A stretch of 64,000 nucleotides of DNA. It comes from Candidatus Kaiserbacteria bacterium (GTDB lineage: Bacteria > Patescibacteriota > Minisyncoccia > Phycocordibacterales > JABAAK01). The notes under the pieces were generated by a model. The model ran no database searches and was not told the DNA's origin. It worked only from the letters and a program-made list of their open reading frames with translations. The stretch is taken from contig JAPPJI010000025.1 in NCBI GenBank assembly GCA_028820405.1, forward strand, positions 609-64,608, given 5' to 3'. A program made the position numbers and the translations under genes. Shown here piece after piece: positions 30,163 through 39,941 of the stretch (positions are counted from its first letter, which is position 1; each line of letters begins with the position of its first letter).

Positions 30163-30414
30163 GTGAAAGCATTGAAGACATTGTCCTTCCTCATCGCCGT
30201 AGCAGTCATCACCATATTCGCTAGTGACCAATCTTCTTCAGCAACGTTTGAAGTTGTTGTCGAAGAAACCCCCGAAGGGGTCTCCGTCACCATCGATGAC
30301 ACCACGAGAGGAGCAACCACATCAAGAGAGTCCGTTGAAGAGACGCTCGCAGATATGGGATTCGCCCCCGTTTCGTCGGACGGCAACATCAGCGTCTGGC
30401 ACTACCGTCGATAA
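30163..30414 (+). CDS. Small exported orphan protein (paralog family member 2)
   Basis: TTGACA-N17-CATAAT, SD AGGAG, GTG start, signal peptide, TSRESVEETLADMGF motif. Confidence 0.8.
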   Translation: MKALKTLSFLIAVAVITIFASDQSSSATFEVVVEETPEGVSVTIDDTTRGATTSRESVEETLADMGFAPVSSDGNISVWHYRR

Positions 30415-30437
30415 CAACTCTTCACAGGAGGTCGACC

Positions 30438-30524
30438 ATGTACATGTACCACCTATTTCCAATCATTCTCCTCTGCGCAGTAATTGCAATCCCTGCCCTG
30501 ATACTCATTCACGGCAGGGACTAG
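30438..30524 (+). CDS. 28-aa hydrophobic peptide MYMYHLFPIILLCAVIAIPALILIHGRD
   Basis: SD AGGAGGT; single TM; ends just before the terminator. Confidence 0.6.
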   Translation: MYMYHLFPIILLCAVIAIPALILIHGRD

Positions 30525-30530
30525 AGAGGA

Positions 30531-30560
30531 AAAACCCCAGCACACCGGTGCTGGGGTTTT
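30531..30560. terminator. Bidirectional intrinsic terminator between the orphan operon and ssb
   Basis: AAAACCCCAGCAC/GTGCTGGGGTTTT. Confidence 0.85.
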
Positions 30561-30578
30561 TATATTCCTCCTATACCG

Positions 30579-31019
30579 CTAGAACGGTATGTCATCAGGG
30601 TTAATCGTTACCTCCGGATATTCAGGAGCTTTTTCGGGAGCAGGTGCTGTTTTTGCCGGTCGCGGAGCAGGAGACCCGCCCTCTGGTGCTCCTGCCGACC
30701 TCGGTCCGAACTGCATCTGCTCACCGATGATCTCTGTTCGATATTTGGTCACGCCATCCGCTTCCCAACTGCTTGTTCTGAGTCGCCCTTCGACGAAGAC
30801 ACCGCTTCCCTTTTTTAAATACTGTTGTACCAGATCAGCAAGACGACCGAAAAAGACGACGTTATGAAATTCCGCTTCCTCAACCCGCTCACCCTGCTGG
30901 TTGTTATAAAAACGGTTGGTGGCAACACCGACATTGGCAACATTCGCTCCGCTCGGAAGCTGACGTATTTCCGGATCCCTCGTCAGATTGCCGTAGATGA
31001 ATGCCTTATTGATAAACAT
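30579..31019 (-). CDS. ssb: Single-stranded DNA-binding protein
   Basis: NKAFIYGNLTRDPE, VEGRLRT, C-terminal DDIPF. Confidence 0.98.
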   Translation of the reverse strand: MFINKAFIYGNLTRDPEIRQLPSGANVANVGVATNRFYNNQQGERVEEAEFHNVVFFGRLADLVQQYLKKGSGVFVEGRLRTSSWEADGVTKYRTEIIGEQMQFGPRSAGAPEGGSPAPRPAKTAPAPEKAPEYPEVTINPDDIPF

Positions 31020-31033
31020 AGCTGTAGTATACC

Positions 31034-31498
31034 CTACTCATCCCCGTCACTCTTTTTCGCCTTCTTTTTGTCATCGGCTTTTTTTTCACCCTCCTTTTCT
31101 TCCTTCTCAGCCCCCTCCTCCTCTTTTTCCTCGCCAGGAAGCACCGGTCCGATCCGAGTGTCTCCGTCTGCCGTCTCAAGGACAATGAAACGAATCACCT
31201 GACCGTCGCCTTGCAATAACGTGTGAATATCCCGCACCAGCGATTGCGGTGACCGGAACTTGACAGAGCCGAAGTGTGACTCATCATATCGGTCATACAC
31301 ACCGTCACTTTGACGCACTTTGTGCCGAATAGTGTAGGCGAGACTGATCTTTTGCATCGGATCTTCGCCGAGCACCGTACCACTTGCACTGATCGTTTCC
31401 TTCAAATCTGCTATTTTTTTTGCGATCTCTGCGTCCTCAAGCGCCGGAACATAATGAACGCTAACCTCGTAGATTTTCTCTTTTTCCTTTACTGCCAT
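31034..31498 (-). CDS. rpsF: 30S ribosomal protein S6
   Basis: YEVSVH, LAYTI, VIRFIVL; upstream of ssb; charged tail. Confidence 0.85.
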   Translation of the reverse strand: MAVKEKEKIYEVSVHYVPALEDAEIAKKIADLKETISASGTVLGEDPMQKISLAYTIRHKVRQSDGVYDRYDESHFGSVKFRSPQSLVRDIHTLLQGDGQVIRFIVLETADGDTRIGPVLPGEEKEEEGAEKEEKEGEKKADDKKKAKKSDGDE

Positions 31499-31536
31499 GA
31501 CCCCCACAGTACCACACCCCCTCCTCGGTTGCAAAC

Positions 31537-32592
31537 CTACCGACTCCTCGCTCTCAACTTCTGTATTTTTCCGGATTTCAAATCGTTAAACACCTCTTGC
31601 ACGATAGCGGCAAGGGGCACTGCGATGACAACGCCGACGAAACCGGCAACCATTCCCGCCATAACAACAGACAGAATGACGAGGATGGACGAGATACCGA
31701 CCACCTTCGCAACAACGAGCGGATAGATGAGGTTGTTTTCAAACTGCTGAATGATGATAAAAACGACGACGACCAAAAACGCCAATGTTGTATCACCGGT
31801 CGTGAGTGCCATGAGGATTGCGGGGATTGCCCCAAGCACCGGACCAAAGATCGGGATAATCTCAAGAATGCCGGCAAAGACCGCCAGGAACAGTGCATTC
31901 GGGATACCGAGGATGGTCAACGCAAGATACACGAGAACACTCACAATACAAATGAGGAGCAGTTGACCTTGGAGCCATTGCCCTACCTTCACCTTTACCC
32001 GACACCACAGATCTTCAATGTATGCCTGGTATCGACGCGGTGTCATGACGAGCAAAAAATCATCCACGACTTTTTGATTCACTGCAAACAAAAACGTAAG
32101 GAGCAGGAAGAGGATGATGTTCACGAGACCGCCGAACAGAGAGAATATTCCTGATCCGGTTACGGTGAACAGTCGTTGCACGATGTCCGGAATTCCGTCC
32201 TGCGTTGCGTCAGTGAAGAACGCCTGACCGGCAACGAAGTTCTCAAAAATAGTCCCTGCAGTCACCTGCTGCATCCACGTGCTAATGTTTGGGAGTGCCT
32301 CAAGGAACACGTAGTACTGATTCAAAACGGTCGGCACGATGGAGTACAGAAAGGCAGTAAATACCGTGAATACCGAAACATAGAGAATCACCACCGATAT
32401 CTGCTCCGGTATGCGAAACCGTGAGAGGAATCGCTTCATCGGATCAAGTGCCATTGCAAAAATAACTGCACTAACGACAACGAGAATAACCTCGCGCACC
32501 TCATAGAGGAACCATCCTCCGAGTAAAAACAGCAGGGTTAGAAAAATTGTTCCTGCCGTTATCTGTATAGTGACCAAGCGCTCACGCATCAA
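31537..32592 (-). CDS. AI-2E family transporter
   Basis: Multi-TM; WLQGQ, LEIIPIFGP, IQQFENNLIYP, AVPLAA. Confidence 0.93.
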   Translation of the reverse strand: MMRERLVTIQITAGTIFLTLLFLLGGWFLYEVREVILVVVSAVIFAMALDPMKRFLSRFRIPEQISVVILYVSVFTVFTAFLYSIVPTVLNQYYVFLEALPNISTWMQQVTAGTIFENFVAGQAFFTDATQDGIPDIVQRLFTVTGSGIFSLFGGLVNIILFLLLTFLFAVNQKVVDDFLLVMTPRRYQAYIEDLWCRVKVKVGQWLQGQLLLICIVSVLVYLALTILGIPNALFLAVFAGILEIIPIFGPVLGAIPAILMALTTGDTTLAFLVVVVFIIIQQFENNLIYPLVVAKVVGISSILVILSVVMAGMVAGFVGVVIAVPLAAIVQEVFNDLKSGKIQKLRARSR

Positions 32593-32610
32593 TCACAATA
32601 TACCATACCG

Positions 32611-34494
32611 TTACGATGACGGTGCAACAACACCGCCCCGTTCCGCCTCACGCAGGGGCTCTGACAGCACTTCCGTTGACAACGGCTGCACAGAACCTTG
32701 TACCGACTCATTAATATACGCATCTCTCGCCTGCCACGTTGTTCCCTGCGAAAGAATCAGTACATTACCAACGTCACGTTCGTCCGGATCAACAATGATC
32801 TGCACTTCAAATGATCGGGACGATCGTTGACCGACTGCGGTAAACGACGGGATACGGACAGCAATCTCATTGAAACCTTCATCATATGTCCAAAAGTCAC
32901 GAGCAATGCCTGCAATTTGACCAGCAAAGGTAACCCCTCGATTGAGCGGTATCTTCATAAAGAAATCCTCTATCGGATTTCCGCTATTTTGAATATCGTA
33001 CGCAAGCGTATACGATGTCCGCTTGCCAACCTGCGGTGGGGTCGGACCCTGGTTTGAAAATGACCCGTCCTGATACAATGTTCTCGCTACAACCTGCAGT
33101 GACCCTCGCAGTGAGACTTGTCGCTGCAGTGCGTGATCAATCGTTTCAACAGACCGCGTCTGTGCCCGCAACGCCTTCGCAGAAACCGACACAATGACAT
33201 TCCGCTCTGCCTGCAGTGCTTCTGACTGCTGCGAAAGGGTATTAAACGAGAACTCCACTTCCCCCTGACCGCCGGCACGGATCAGGGAATACGATCGAAT
33301 CTGCTGCTTATCCCACACAATTTGCCGAAGTGACTCACTGAGATGCCCGTTCGGTGACGTAACACTGCGCTCATCAAATCCGTTTCCGGAAAGCGAAACG
33401 GTGATGATGAGATCTTCAAGCCGTTCTTTGTCAGCATTCTTCCAGGAGAGTTGTCCGCTGACAACACCGCCGGGTGAGACTGCAATGGTTCTGTCACGGC
33501 TGCCGTTCAAGGCAAGGTCAATGTCAATAAACGATTTTTCAATTGCAAAGATGACACTCTCTTCTGCAACCTTCACCGACTCACTCAACTGACCGGTTGG
33601 CGAAACAAACACACCGACAACGAACGCCTGCTCGTCCCGCTCTTTTCCGCTGATAACTCCTCTCACCCACACATCACGCCCTTCGTTCGGCCGTAGTGAC
33701 GAGAGTCGCCACAACGTTCTCTCAGCATTAAACGGTGTCGTTGAGAACGACGACGGGGAAAACCCGGAAGGGTATGAGACCTGGACGTAGACCGTGTCAA
33801 TGATGTCCTTCATGTTCGATTGCACCTTTGTCTGAAACGTGACCTCTTTTCCGGACACAGGACTCGTGTGGGTAGGCTTGGTCAGGAGAATCGGTGTCGT
33901 GCGAAGTTTGATACTATGACTATCCTCTATCCGCATTGGCTGCGAGGTCCCCTGTGCCTGATAGCCGACCTCGTACACAATCTCTTTTTCCTGACCGTCA
34001 ATCCCATACAAGATCGGGGTAACATTTTTACTCACCACTTCACCGGTTTCCATCGAGCCGATGACAATCTCATCCCGATGCAGACGAACCGTGTCGTCAG
34101 CAGTTTTCTTGTAGGTGCCGTCCGGATAGATGATCGTCAGCGCCACATCTTCTATCGGAACAGGGTTACCGTTTGCAATGCGGATGGTAAGCGGTGTGGC
34201 CAGCCCGCTGTCAGCGACACTGGGACCCTGTGTCAGGATGGTAATTTTACTCGTGGAAACGGTCCGGTCAATGCCGGCAAACCGAACAAAATAGGCAACA
34301 CCGACGGTTATGAAAAAGAAGAAAAAGGTCGCGATGGCAAGGTAAATGAGGTAATTTGACCGGGGCTCCGCCGCCACACCCCCTTCCCAGTCGTCCGGCA
34401 GCGTTGTCTCCTCCTTTTTCAACGGTGCTTGATGGTCAGCTACCTTTTTTTTAACGTCGTAGTAGAGTGTTCGGGAAGCATCGCGAAGGCGCAT
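32611..34494 (-). CDS. Single-TM protein with large extracellular Ig-like/DUF11-type domains
   Basis: One TM followed by beta-rich repeats (YPSGF, GPTPPQVG..TSYT); start reassigned to the ATG 6 nt after TATACT. Confidence 0.7.
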   Translation of the reverse strand: MRLRDASRTLYYDVKKKVADHQAPLKKEETTLPDDWEGGVAAEPRSNYLIYLAIATFFFFFITVGVAYFVRFAGIDRTVSTSKITILTQGPSVADSGLATPLTIRIANGNPVPIEDVALTIIYPDGTYKKTADDTVRLHRDEIVIGSMETGEVVSKNVTPILYGIDGQEKEIVYEVGYQAQGTSQPMRIEDSHSIKLRTTPILLTKPTHTSPVSGKEVTFQTKVQSNMKDIIDTVYVQVSYPSGFSPSSFSTTPFNAERTLWRLSSLRPNEGRDVWVRGVISGKERDEQAFVVGVFVSPTGQLSESVKVAEESVIFAIEKSFIDIDLALNGSRDRTIAVSPGGVVSGQLSWKNADKERLEDLIITVSLSGNGFDERSVTSPNGHLSESLRQIVWDKQQIRSYSLIRAGGQGEVEFSFNTLSQQSEALQAERNVIVSVSAKALRAQTRSVETIDHALQRQVSLRGSLQVVARTLYQDGSFSNQGPTPPQVGKRTSYTLAYDIQNSGNPIEDFFMKIPLNRGVTFAGQIAGIARDFWTYDEGFNEIAVRIPSFTAVGQRSSRSFEVQIIVDPDERDVGNVLILSQGTTWQARDAYINESVQGSVQPLSTEVLSEPLREAERGGVVAPSS

Positions 34495-34547
34495 GATATC
34501 AGTATACCCTACCACCTGCTCCGTGATATTGTGTACAATTCTTTGAT

Positions 34548-35117
34548 ATGCCATATCCGGTCATCAATACCCGAGCGGTCATTCTCCATACACACCCAAC
34601 AGGCGAAGCAAATCGGGTACTCACCCTCCTCACCGAACAGCACGGCACGCTGCAGGTATTTGCCCGCAGTGTCCGAAAAGAAACGTCCCGTATGCGTTCT
34701 GCAGCGGTACCATATGCACTGGTCTCGTCATCAATTATTCTCAGTCGGCAGCATATCCTTAAAGATCTCCGAGTCATTGACCCGCTGCAAGATATTTGGA
34801 ATCGTGAACCGGTATACACCTCATACGTTGCCCTCCTCCGCTTCGTGCACACCACTGTTCCGGCAGTCGGTCACCATGATCCGGTGATATTTTCACTCGT
34901 CCTTGATGCGATCAGATCATACACAACAAGACCGCCATGTCAGACCGACGCCATCCTCCTCACTACGCAGGTGTTTATTTTGCATCGACTCGGATATGTA
35001 CACAATCCTGATCTTGACAGCATGTCACTCTCAACGGTCATCTCAGACACAACAACGTCTGCAAAACAACAACGTCTGTTCAAAAAACAAATCAAAGAAG
35101 GAATGACGTGGCAGTGA
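34548..35117 (+). CDS. recO: DNA repair protein RecO (N-terminal OB domain)
   Basis: TRAVIL...GEANRVLTLLTEQHG....ARSVRK..SRMR. Confidence 0.85.
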   Translation: MPYPVINTRAVILHTHPTGEANRVLTLLTEQHGTLQVFARSVRKETSRMRSAAVPYALVSSSIILSRQHILKDLRVIDPLQDIWNREPVYTSYVALLRFVHTTVPAVGHHDPVIFSLVLDAIRSYTTRPPCQTDAILLTTQVFILHRLGYVHNPDLDSMSLSTVISDTTTSAKQQRLFKKQIKEGMTWQ

Positions 35118-35119
35118 CG

Positions 35120-38100
35120 CTAGACGGAAAGCCGACCCGGTTGTTTGACGAGTACCACATGCACCGGTGTACCGTCAACGGTACACTCATGTGCACCGTC
35201 ACGAGGACTCTTGTCATAGATTACTTCTTCAACCCGAAGTTCTTTCTTGATATGGTCTTCAAACTGTTTGAGCTGCCGCTGTTTTTCCTCTGTCGGAAGG
35301 TAGACATACATACGTGCAAGCACCTCGGTGAGTGAACACTGCATCTTCTTTCGTACCCCCTGTATGTTACGTATGTATGACCGAACAAACCCTTCCGTAC
35401 GAAGGCTGTCGTCAAGTACCGTATCAAGAACGACTACTTCGTCTGCTGCAGGGGTAACAATGACCTCTTTGACGTTGACCTCTTCCGCAATAATATGCTT
35501 CCCCTCGTCGGACACCGCCTCCTTAATCGTTACCGATCGAAGCGGCTGCCGAACGGGGATACCGGCACGGGACCGCACCTCATGTGCAAGAGAGACAATG
35601 TGTCGAATGCTGTCAACCGCTTCCACCACATCCTGACGGACCGGCATTGACCGTGACCATGAGCAAAGATGAACACTCTCGGGAAACGGGATAACGGGCG
35701 AATGATATTTTTTAAGGCGGCTGAAGAGGTGTTCCGCAAAAAACGGGGCGATCGGGGCTATACATTTTGCCGTCTCCGTCAGTACAAAACGAAGTGTCTC
35801 CCGAGCCCGCGCACCGTCCGCACTGTCACTTCGGATACGGTCACGGGATCGGCGAATGTACCAGGTCGAAAGATCGTCAACAAACGCAGCAATTGGTCCG
35901 GCTGCAAGATCCATTCGGTACCCTTCAAACCCGTCCGTCATGCTTTTTTGCACCATTGCAAGACGTGATCGGATGTAGGTATCAAGCAGTGCGGTATTTC
36001 TGCCGCGCCGATGCGGCAGGTGTGCGTACGACTCATAGAAAGAAAAACAGTTGCCGAGACGGGTATAGATTTTTTTGTACACATCGTGCACCTGCTCCTC
36101 CTGAAAATCAATGTCCTGACCCCGGACAACGGGCGAGGCGAGGAGGTAGTGGCGGAGTGAGTCGGCACCGTACTGATCAATCAGCTGCAGCGGATCGGTG
36201 TAGTTTTTCAGTCTTTTGCTCATTTTTCGGCCGTCCGAAGCACGAATCAGACCGGTGGTCACCACATTTCGATACGGTGCCCGGTCAAAAAGACCGACGG
36301 CAATTGCCATGAGACTGTAGAACCAGCCGCGGGTTTGATCAAGTCCTTCGCAGATAAAGTCAGCAGGGAAGCCGTTTCCCCGCTCCGGATCAAACGAACT
36401 GCCTCGTGCAAACGGATAGTGGTGTGACCCGTAGGGCATCGCACCGGACTCAAACCAACAGTCGAACACCTCCTTGTTGTGGTATGCCGGGTTGCCGTTA
36501 TCGTCAAAGAGCACAATATCATCAATGTACGGACGGTGAAGATCAATGTCACCGTGTTCATCCCAGTGCACTCCCTTGTACGGCACTGAGGTAATACTGC
36601 AGTACGGTGTCGGCAGGATACTCACCGAGGCAATACGACTGGTCATTTCAGACACCAACGGTTCCATTGCCTTCGCCAAATTTATCACCATCCGGTGCGT
36701 CACCACAACGATCGTTTCCCCTTCGTACTGTGCGTCAACGGTTTCAAGAAATGTCTGGATTCGTCGATAGATGTCCCGATATGATTCACCGTCCGCCACC
36801 GGTGTATCAATATGCTTATACAACGCTCCCCTCTTTATCTCCCACAGCAGTTCACGGATCGGTCTGTTATTCAACGACGGAACCTGCAGTTCAGTTAAAA
36901 GCGGATCTTCAATCACTTTTGCACCTGTTTCTTTCGCAATACGTTCAGCGGTTTGTTTGGCGCGCGGAAGCGGTGAACAAAAAATAACGGTCGGCGATCG
37001 GTCTCGTATCTTTTTCCCTGCCGCTGTTGCCTGCCGCTTCCCCCGCTCAGTGAGACCGTCGCTGTCGCCCGGCTGGCAGTGGAAGAGTTTTCTTCGGTTA
37101 TGTTTTGATTCACCATGCCGAACAAAGAGATAGCTGTTCTTCGGACGCATACGGTCAAGCATTTCCTCAATTGACCCAACGACAAATGTTTCTCCGGTTT
37201 TCTTCACCGTCCACACCGGCAGCGGTGCGCCCCAAAATCGTGTTCGTGACACCGACCACTCTTTGGCACTCGCAAGCCAGTTACCGAACCGACCGTCACG
37301 GAGGTGACCGGGTACCCAACGAACGGTTCTGTTCTCCGCGACCATCTGATCCCGCAGCCGCTCCGCATGGACGAACCAAGAATCCGTCGCGTAGTTGAGG
37401 AGGGGGGTATCACACCGCCAACAGATCGGGTAGCTGTGCTCAACAGTTCCCCGATGCAGGAGGACTCCTCGCCGGTCAAGTTCATTGCAAATCTTCTCAT
37501 CAACGTCTTTCGGGTTACCGCTCTCCTTCGGCCGCAGACCGGCGAATTCTTTAAGGTCATCAGTAAAGACACCGTCAATGGTAACGTGATGACGAATCGG
37601 CAGCCGCTCTCTCTTCGCAAGTTCCATGTCCTCTTCTCCGTACGCGGGTGCAAGGTGCACGACAGCGGTACCGGTCGAATCTTCTACATACGGTGCATGG
37701 TATATCCGATGCACCCGCTGCTGCTCATCGTCAGAAACGTGCAAGGAGGGCAACGGCGGTCGGTACCGGTGACCGATGAACTCACTCCCCTTCTTTTTTG
37801 CAACAATCGTCGCGTCACCGAGAATACCGAGTGCTCTCTCGTGCAACACATATCGCTTCCCCTCTTTCTCCGCGACAACATAATCCAGGTCTTTGTGCAC
37901 TCCGAGTGCAACGTTGCCAAACAGCGTCCACGGAGTCGTCGTCCAGGCAACAAATGAGAGTCCCTCGTCTTCCGTGCTGGGAAACAGAACATAGACTTCC
38001 GTGTCGGTGAGGGTGGTATAGTTTTCTGCAACTTCAGCGTTTGAAATAGTTGTTGAGCATCGGGGACAGAGGTGGAGGATTTTTCTTCCGGCACTTGCAA

Positions 38101-38659
38101 GTCCCTTGCGGTGCAGTCCTCTGAAGGCTGCCCACACTGACTCTGTATACGCAACATCCATGGTCCGGTACCCCCGACTCATATCAACCCAACGACCGAT
38201 CCTCTGAATGAACTGTTCCCACTCTTTTGCATGGCGGAACACCGTTTCCCGGGCTTTCTCATTGAACTCACGGATCCCGTGTTCCTCAACATCCCGTTTT
38301 GTCTTAAGTCCCACCGCCTGTTCAACCTCAACCTCAACCGGCAGTCCGTGACAGTCCCAGCCCCACCGACGGCGAACAGTGTACCCCCGCATTGTCTTAT
38401 ACCGAAGCAGTGCATCCTTCACGACGCTTTGCAAGATACTGCCGTAGTGCGGGAGACCGGTTGCAAACGGAGGACCGTCGTAGAAGATGAACGGTTTCTT
38501 TCTCCGAAACGTATTCCGAACCTTGTTCCAAAACCCCCGCTCACGTCGTTCACTTTTTTCAAAAATATCATTCTCCTGCCAGAACGTGAGAACCTTTTTT
38601 TCCTGTTCCGCAACCGATGAACGACGTGCATCATCAGCAGGCGGCTGTTTGACGCCCAT
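35120..38659 (-). CDS. ileS: Isoleucine--tRNA ligase (type 2) with inserted histidine-phosphatase domain
   Basis: DGPPFATGLPHYG, GWDCHGLPVE, WTTTPWTL, TAVVHLAPAYG, DCWFESGAMP, EGLDQTRGWFY, KMSKR; insert has RHGE. Confidence 0.96.
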   Translation of the reverse strand: MGVKQPPADDARRSSVAEQEKKVLTFWQENDIFEKSERRERGFWNKVRNTFRRKKPFIFYDGPPFATGLPHYGSILQSVVKDALLRYKTMRGYTVRRRWGWDCHGLPVEVEVEQAVGLKTKRDVEEHGIREFNEKARETVFRHAKEWEQFIQRIGRWVDMSRGYRTMDVAYTESVWAAFRGLHRKGLASAGRKILHLCPRCSTTISNAEVAENYTTLTDTEVYVLFPSTEDEGLSFVAWTTTPWTLFGNVALGVHKDLDYVVAEKEGKRYVLHERALGILGDATIVAKKKGSEFIGHRYRPPLPSLHVSDDEQQRVHRIYHAPYVEDSTGTAVVHLAPAYGEEDMELAKRERLPIRHHVTIDGVFTDDLKEFAGLRPKESGNPKDVDEKICNELDRRGVLLHRGTVEHSYPICWRCDTPLLNYATDSWFVHAERLRDQMVAENRTVRWVPGHLRDGRFGNWLASAKEWSVSRTRFWGAPLPVWTVKKTGETFVVGSIEEMLDRMRPKNSYLFVRHGESKHNRRKLFHCQPGDSDGLTERGKRQATAAGKKIRDRSPTVIFCSPLPRAKQTAERIAKETGAKVIEDPLLTELQVPSLNNRPIRELLWEIKRGALYKHIDTPVADGESYRDIYRRIQTFLETVDAQYEGETIVVVTHRMVINLAKAMEPLVSEMTSRIASVSILPTPYCSITSVPYKGVHWDEHGDIDLHRPYIDDIVLFDDNGNPAYHNKEVFDCWFESGAMPYGSHHYPFARGSSFDPERGNGFPADFICEGLDQTRGWFYSLMAIAVGLFDRAPYRNVVTTGLIRASDGRKMSKRLKNYTDPLQLIDQYGADSLRHYLLASPVVRGQDIDFQEEQVHDVYKKIYTRLGNCFSFYESYAHLPHRRGRNTALLDTYIRSRLAMVQKSMTDGFEGYRMDLAAGPIAAFVDDLSTWYIRRSRDRIRSDSADGARARETLRFVLTETAKCIAPIAPFFAEHLFSRLKKYHSPVIPFPESVHLCSWSRSMPVRQDVVEAVDSIRHIVSLAHEVRSRAGIPVRQPLRSVTIKEAVSDEGKHIIAEEVNVKEVIVTPAADEVVVLDTVLDDSLRTEGFVRSYIRNIQGVRKKMQCSLTEVLARMYVYLPTEEKQRQLKQFEDHIKKELRVEEVIYDKSPRDGAHECTVDGTPVHVVLVKQPGRLSV

Positions 38660-38757
38660 ATCTACGGGAGTATACCACAGTGTCTCTTGCAAAAAGAAAA
38701 GGTGCCCGCACATATTGTTGCGGACACCTTCAGAGATCTTCCATGATCACCCTTCCT

Positions 38758-38871
38758 TTATCCCACCATTGCAAGCGTGATAACGAGGAGGGCGAGACCG
38801 ACGATACGCAGCGTATCAAAATCAATCTCCTGGTCAAGGACATAATCAAGGGTTTTCCTTAGTATTTTCAT
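38758..38871 (-). CDS. 37-aa C-terminal-TM peptide MKILRKTLDYVLDQEIDFDTLRIVGLALLVITLAMVG
   Basis: SD AAGGA, upstream AT-rich -10, terminator-like hairpin at ~38693-38730. Confidence 0.55.
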   Translation of the reverse strand: MKILRKTLDYVLDQEIDFDTLRIVGLALLVITLAMVG

Positions 38872-38956
38872 GGGACATTCCTTGGTAAGGGGTATGTTGA
38901 TATAATATAACAAAACGTGAAAAAAGGCAAGTTTTGGGCGAAAATACGCCTGTTTC

Positions 38957-39379
38957 CTAGGAAATAGAGATACCCATAGAACGGGCGGTCCCTTCAAGGA
39001 TCTTTTCAGCGGCGGCGATATCCCGAGCATTCAGGTCCTGCATTTTCTGCTCAGCGATCTCCGTAAGTGCCTTCCGGTTGATCGTTCCGGCTCGTTTTAC
39101 CAGATTCTTTCCCGACCCTTTATCAATACCTGCCGCCTTCCGAAGCAGGAATGATGCCGGAGGTGTTTTGAGAATGAAATCAAAGGTCTTATCCTCATAG
39201 ACGGTAAGGATGACGGGGACAATATCACCCTGCCGGTCTTGTGACGCGGTGTTAAATTGTGAGCAGAAATCTCCGATATTGATACCGACCGGACCGAGTG
39301 CGGTGCCGATTGGCGGTGCAGGTGTTGCCTGACCTGCCGGAATCTGCATTTTGACAACGTGACCTATTTTCTTAGCCAT
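38957..39379 (-). CDS. rplK: 50S ribosomal protein L11
   Basis: PAGQATPAPPIGTALG, KTPPAS, GTARSMG. Confidence 0.98.
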   Translation of the reverse strand: MAKKIGHVVKMQIPAGQATPAPPIGTALGPVGINIGDFCSQFNTASQDRQGDIVPVILTVYEDKTFDFILKTPPASFLLRKAAGIDKGSGKNLVKRAGTINRKALTEIAEQKMQDLNARDIAAAEKILEGTARSMGISIS

Positions 39380-39392
39380 ACCTTATTTATAC

Positions 39393-39932
39393 CTATAAAC
39401 CGCGGATTTGGAAAATGTCGAGTTTGACCGGGGTCTCCCGACCGAACATGGAAACGTACACCATAGCCTGACCTTTGTCCGGATGCACCTCACCAATCCT
39501 GCCATCAAGATCTGCAAACGGTCCGTCAGTGATTCGAACCATATCACCAACCTTGAAATCCGTTTCATGGTGCACCACGTCACCGCTCATTTGCTGTTTA
39601 ATGATGTCAACCTCTTCCTGCGACAGTGCCTCAGCATACTCTTTGGTGCCGAGAAAACCGGAAACATGCTCAACGTTATTCACCGCATACCAGGTTTGGT
39701 CATCAATGACCATGTGAACAATAATATAGCCGGGATAGATGCGTTCCTCCTTCTCAGTCCGCTTCCCGCCTTTCACCCGCACCTGTTTCTCCGTCGGGAC
39801 AATGACTTCAAAGATTCGATCACTCAGATCAAGTGAATTAACTGCCTGCTCAATCCCCGACTTCACCGACTGTTCAAATCCTGAGTGTGCTTTGACAACG
39901 TACCACTGTGCCTCTTCCTTTTTTTCCTCCAT
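39393..39932 (-). CDS. nusG: Transcription termination/antitermination factor NusG
   Basis: WYVV..HSGFE, IYPGYI, KOW VRITDGPF, MFGRETPV. Confidence 0.98.
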   Translation of the reverse strand: MEEKKEEAQWYVVKAHSGFEQSVKSGIEQAVNSLDLSDRIFEVIVPTEKQVRVKGGKRTEKEERIYPGYIIVHMVIDDQTWYAVNNVEHVSGFLGTKEYAEALSQEEVDIIKQQMSGDVVHHETDFKVGDMVRITDGPFADLDGRIGEVHPDKGQAMVYVSMFGRETPVKLDIFQIRGL

Positions 39933-39941
39933 GATATGAGA

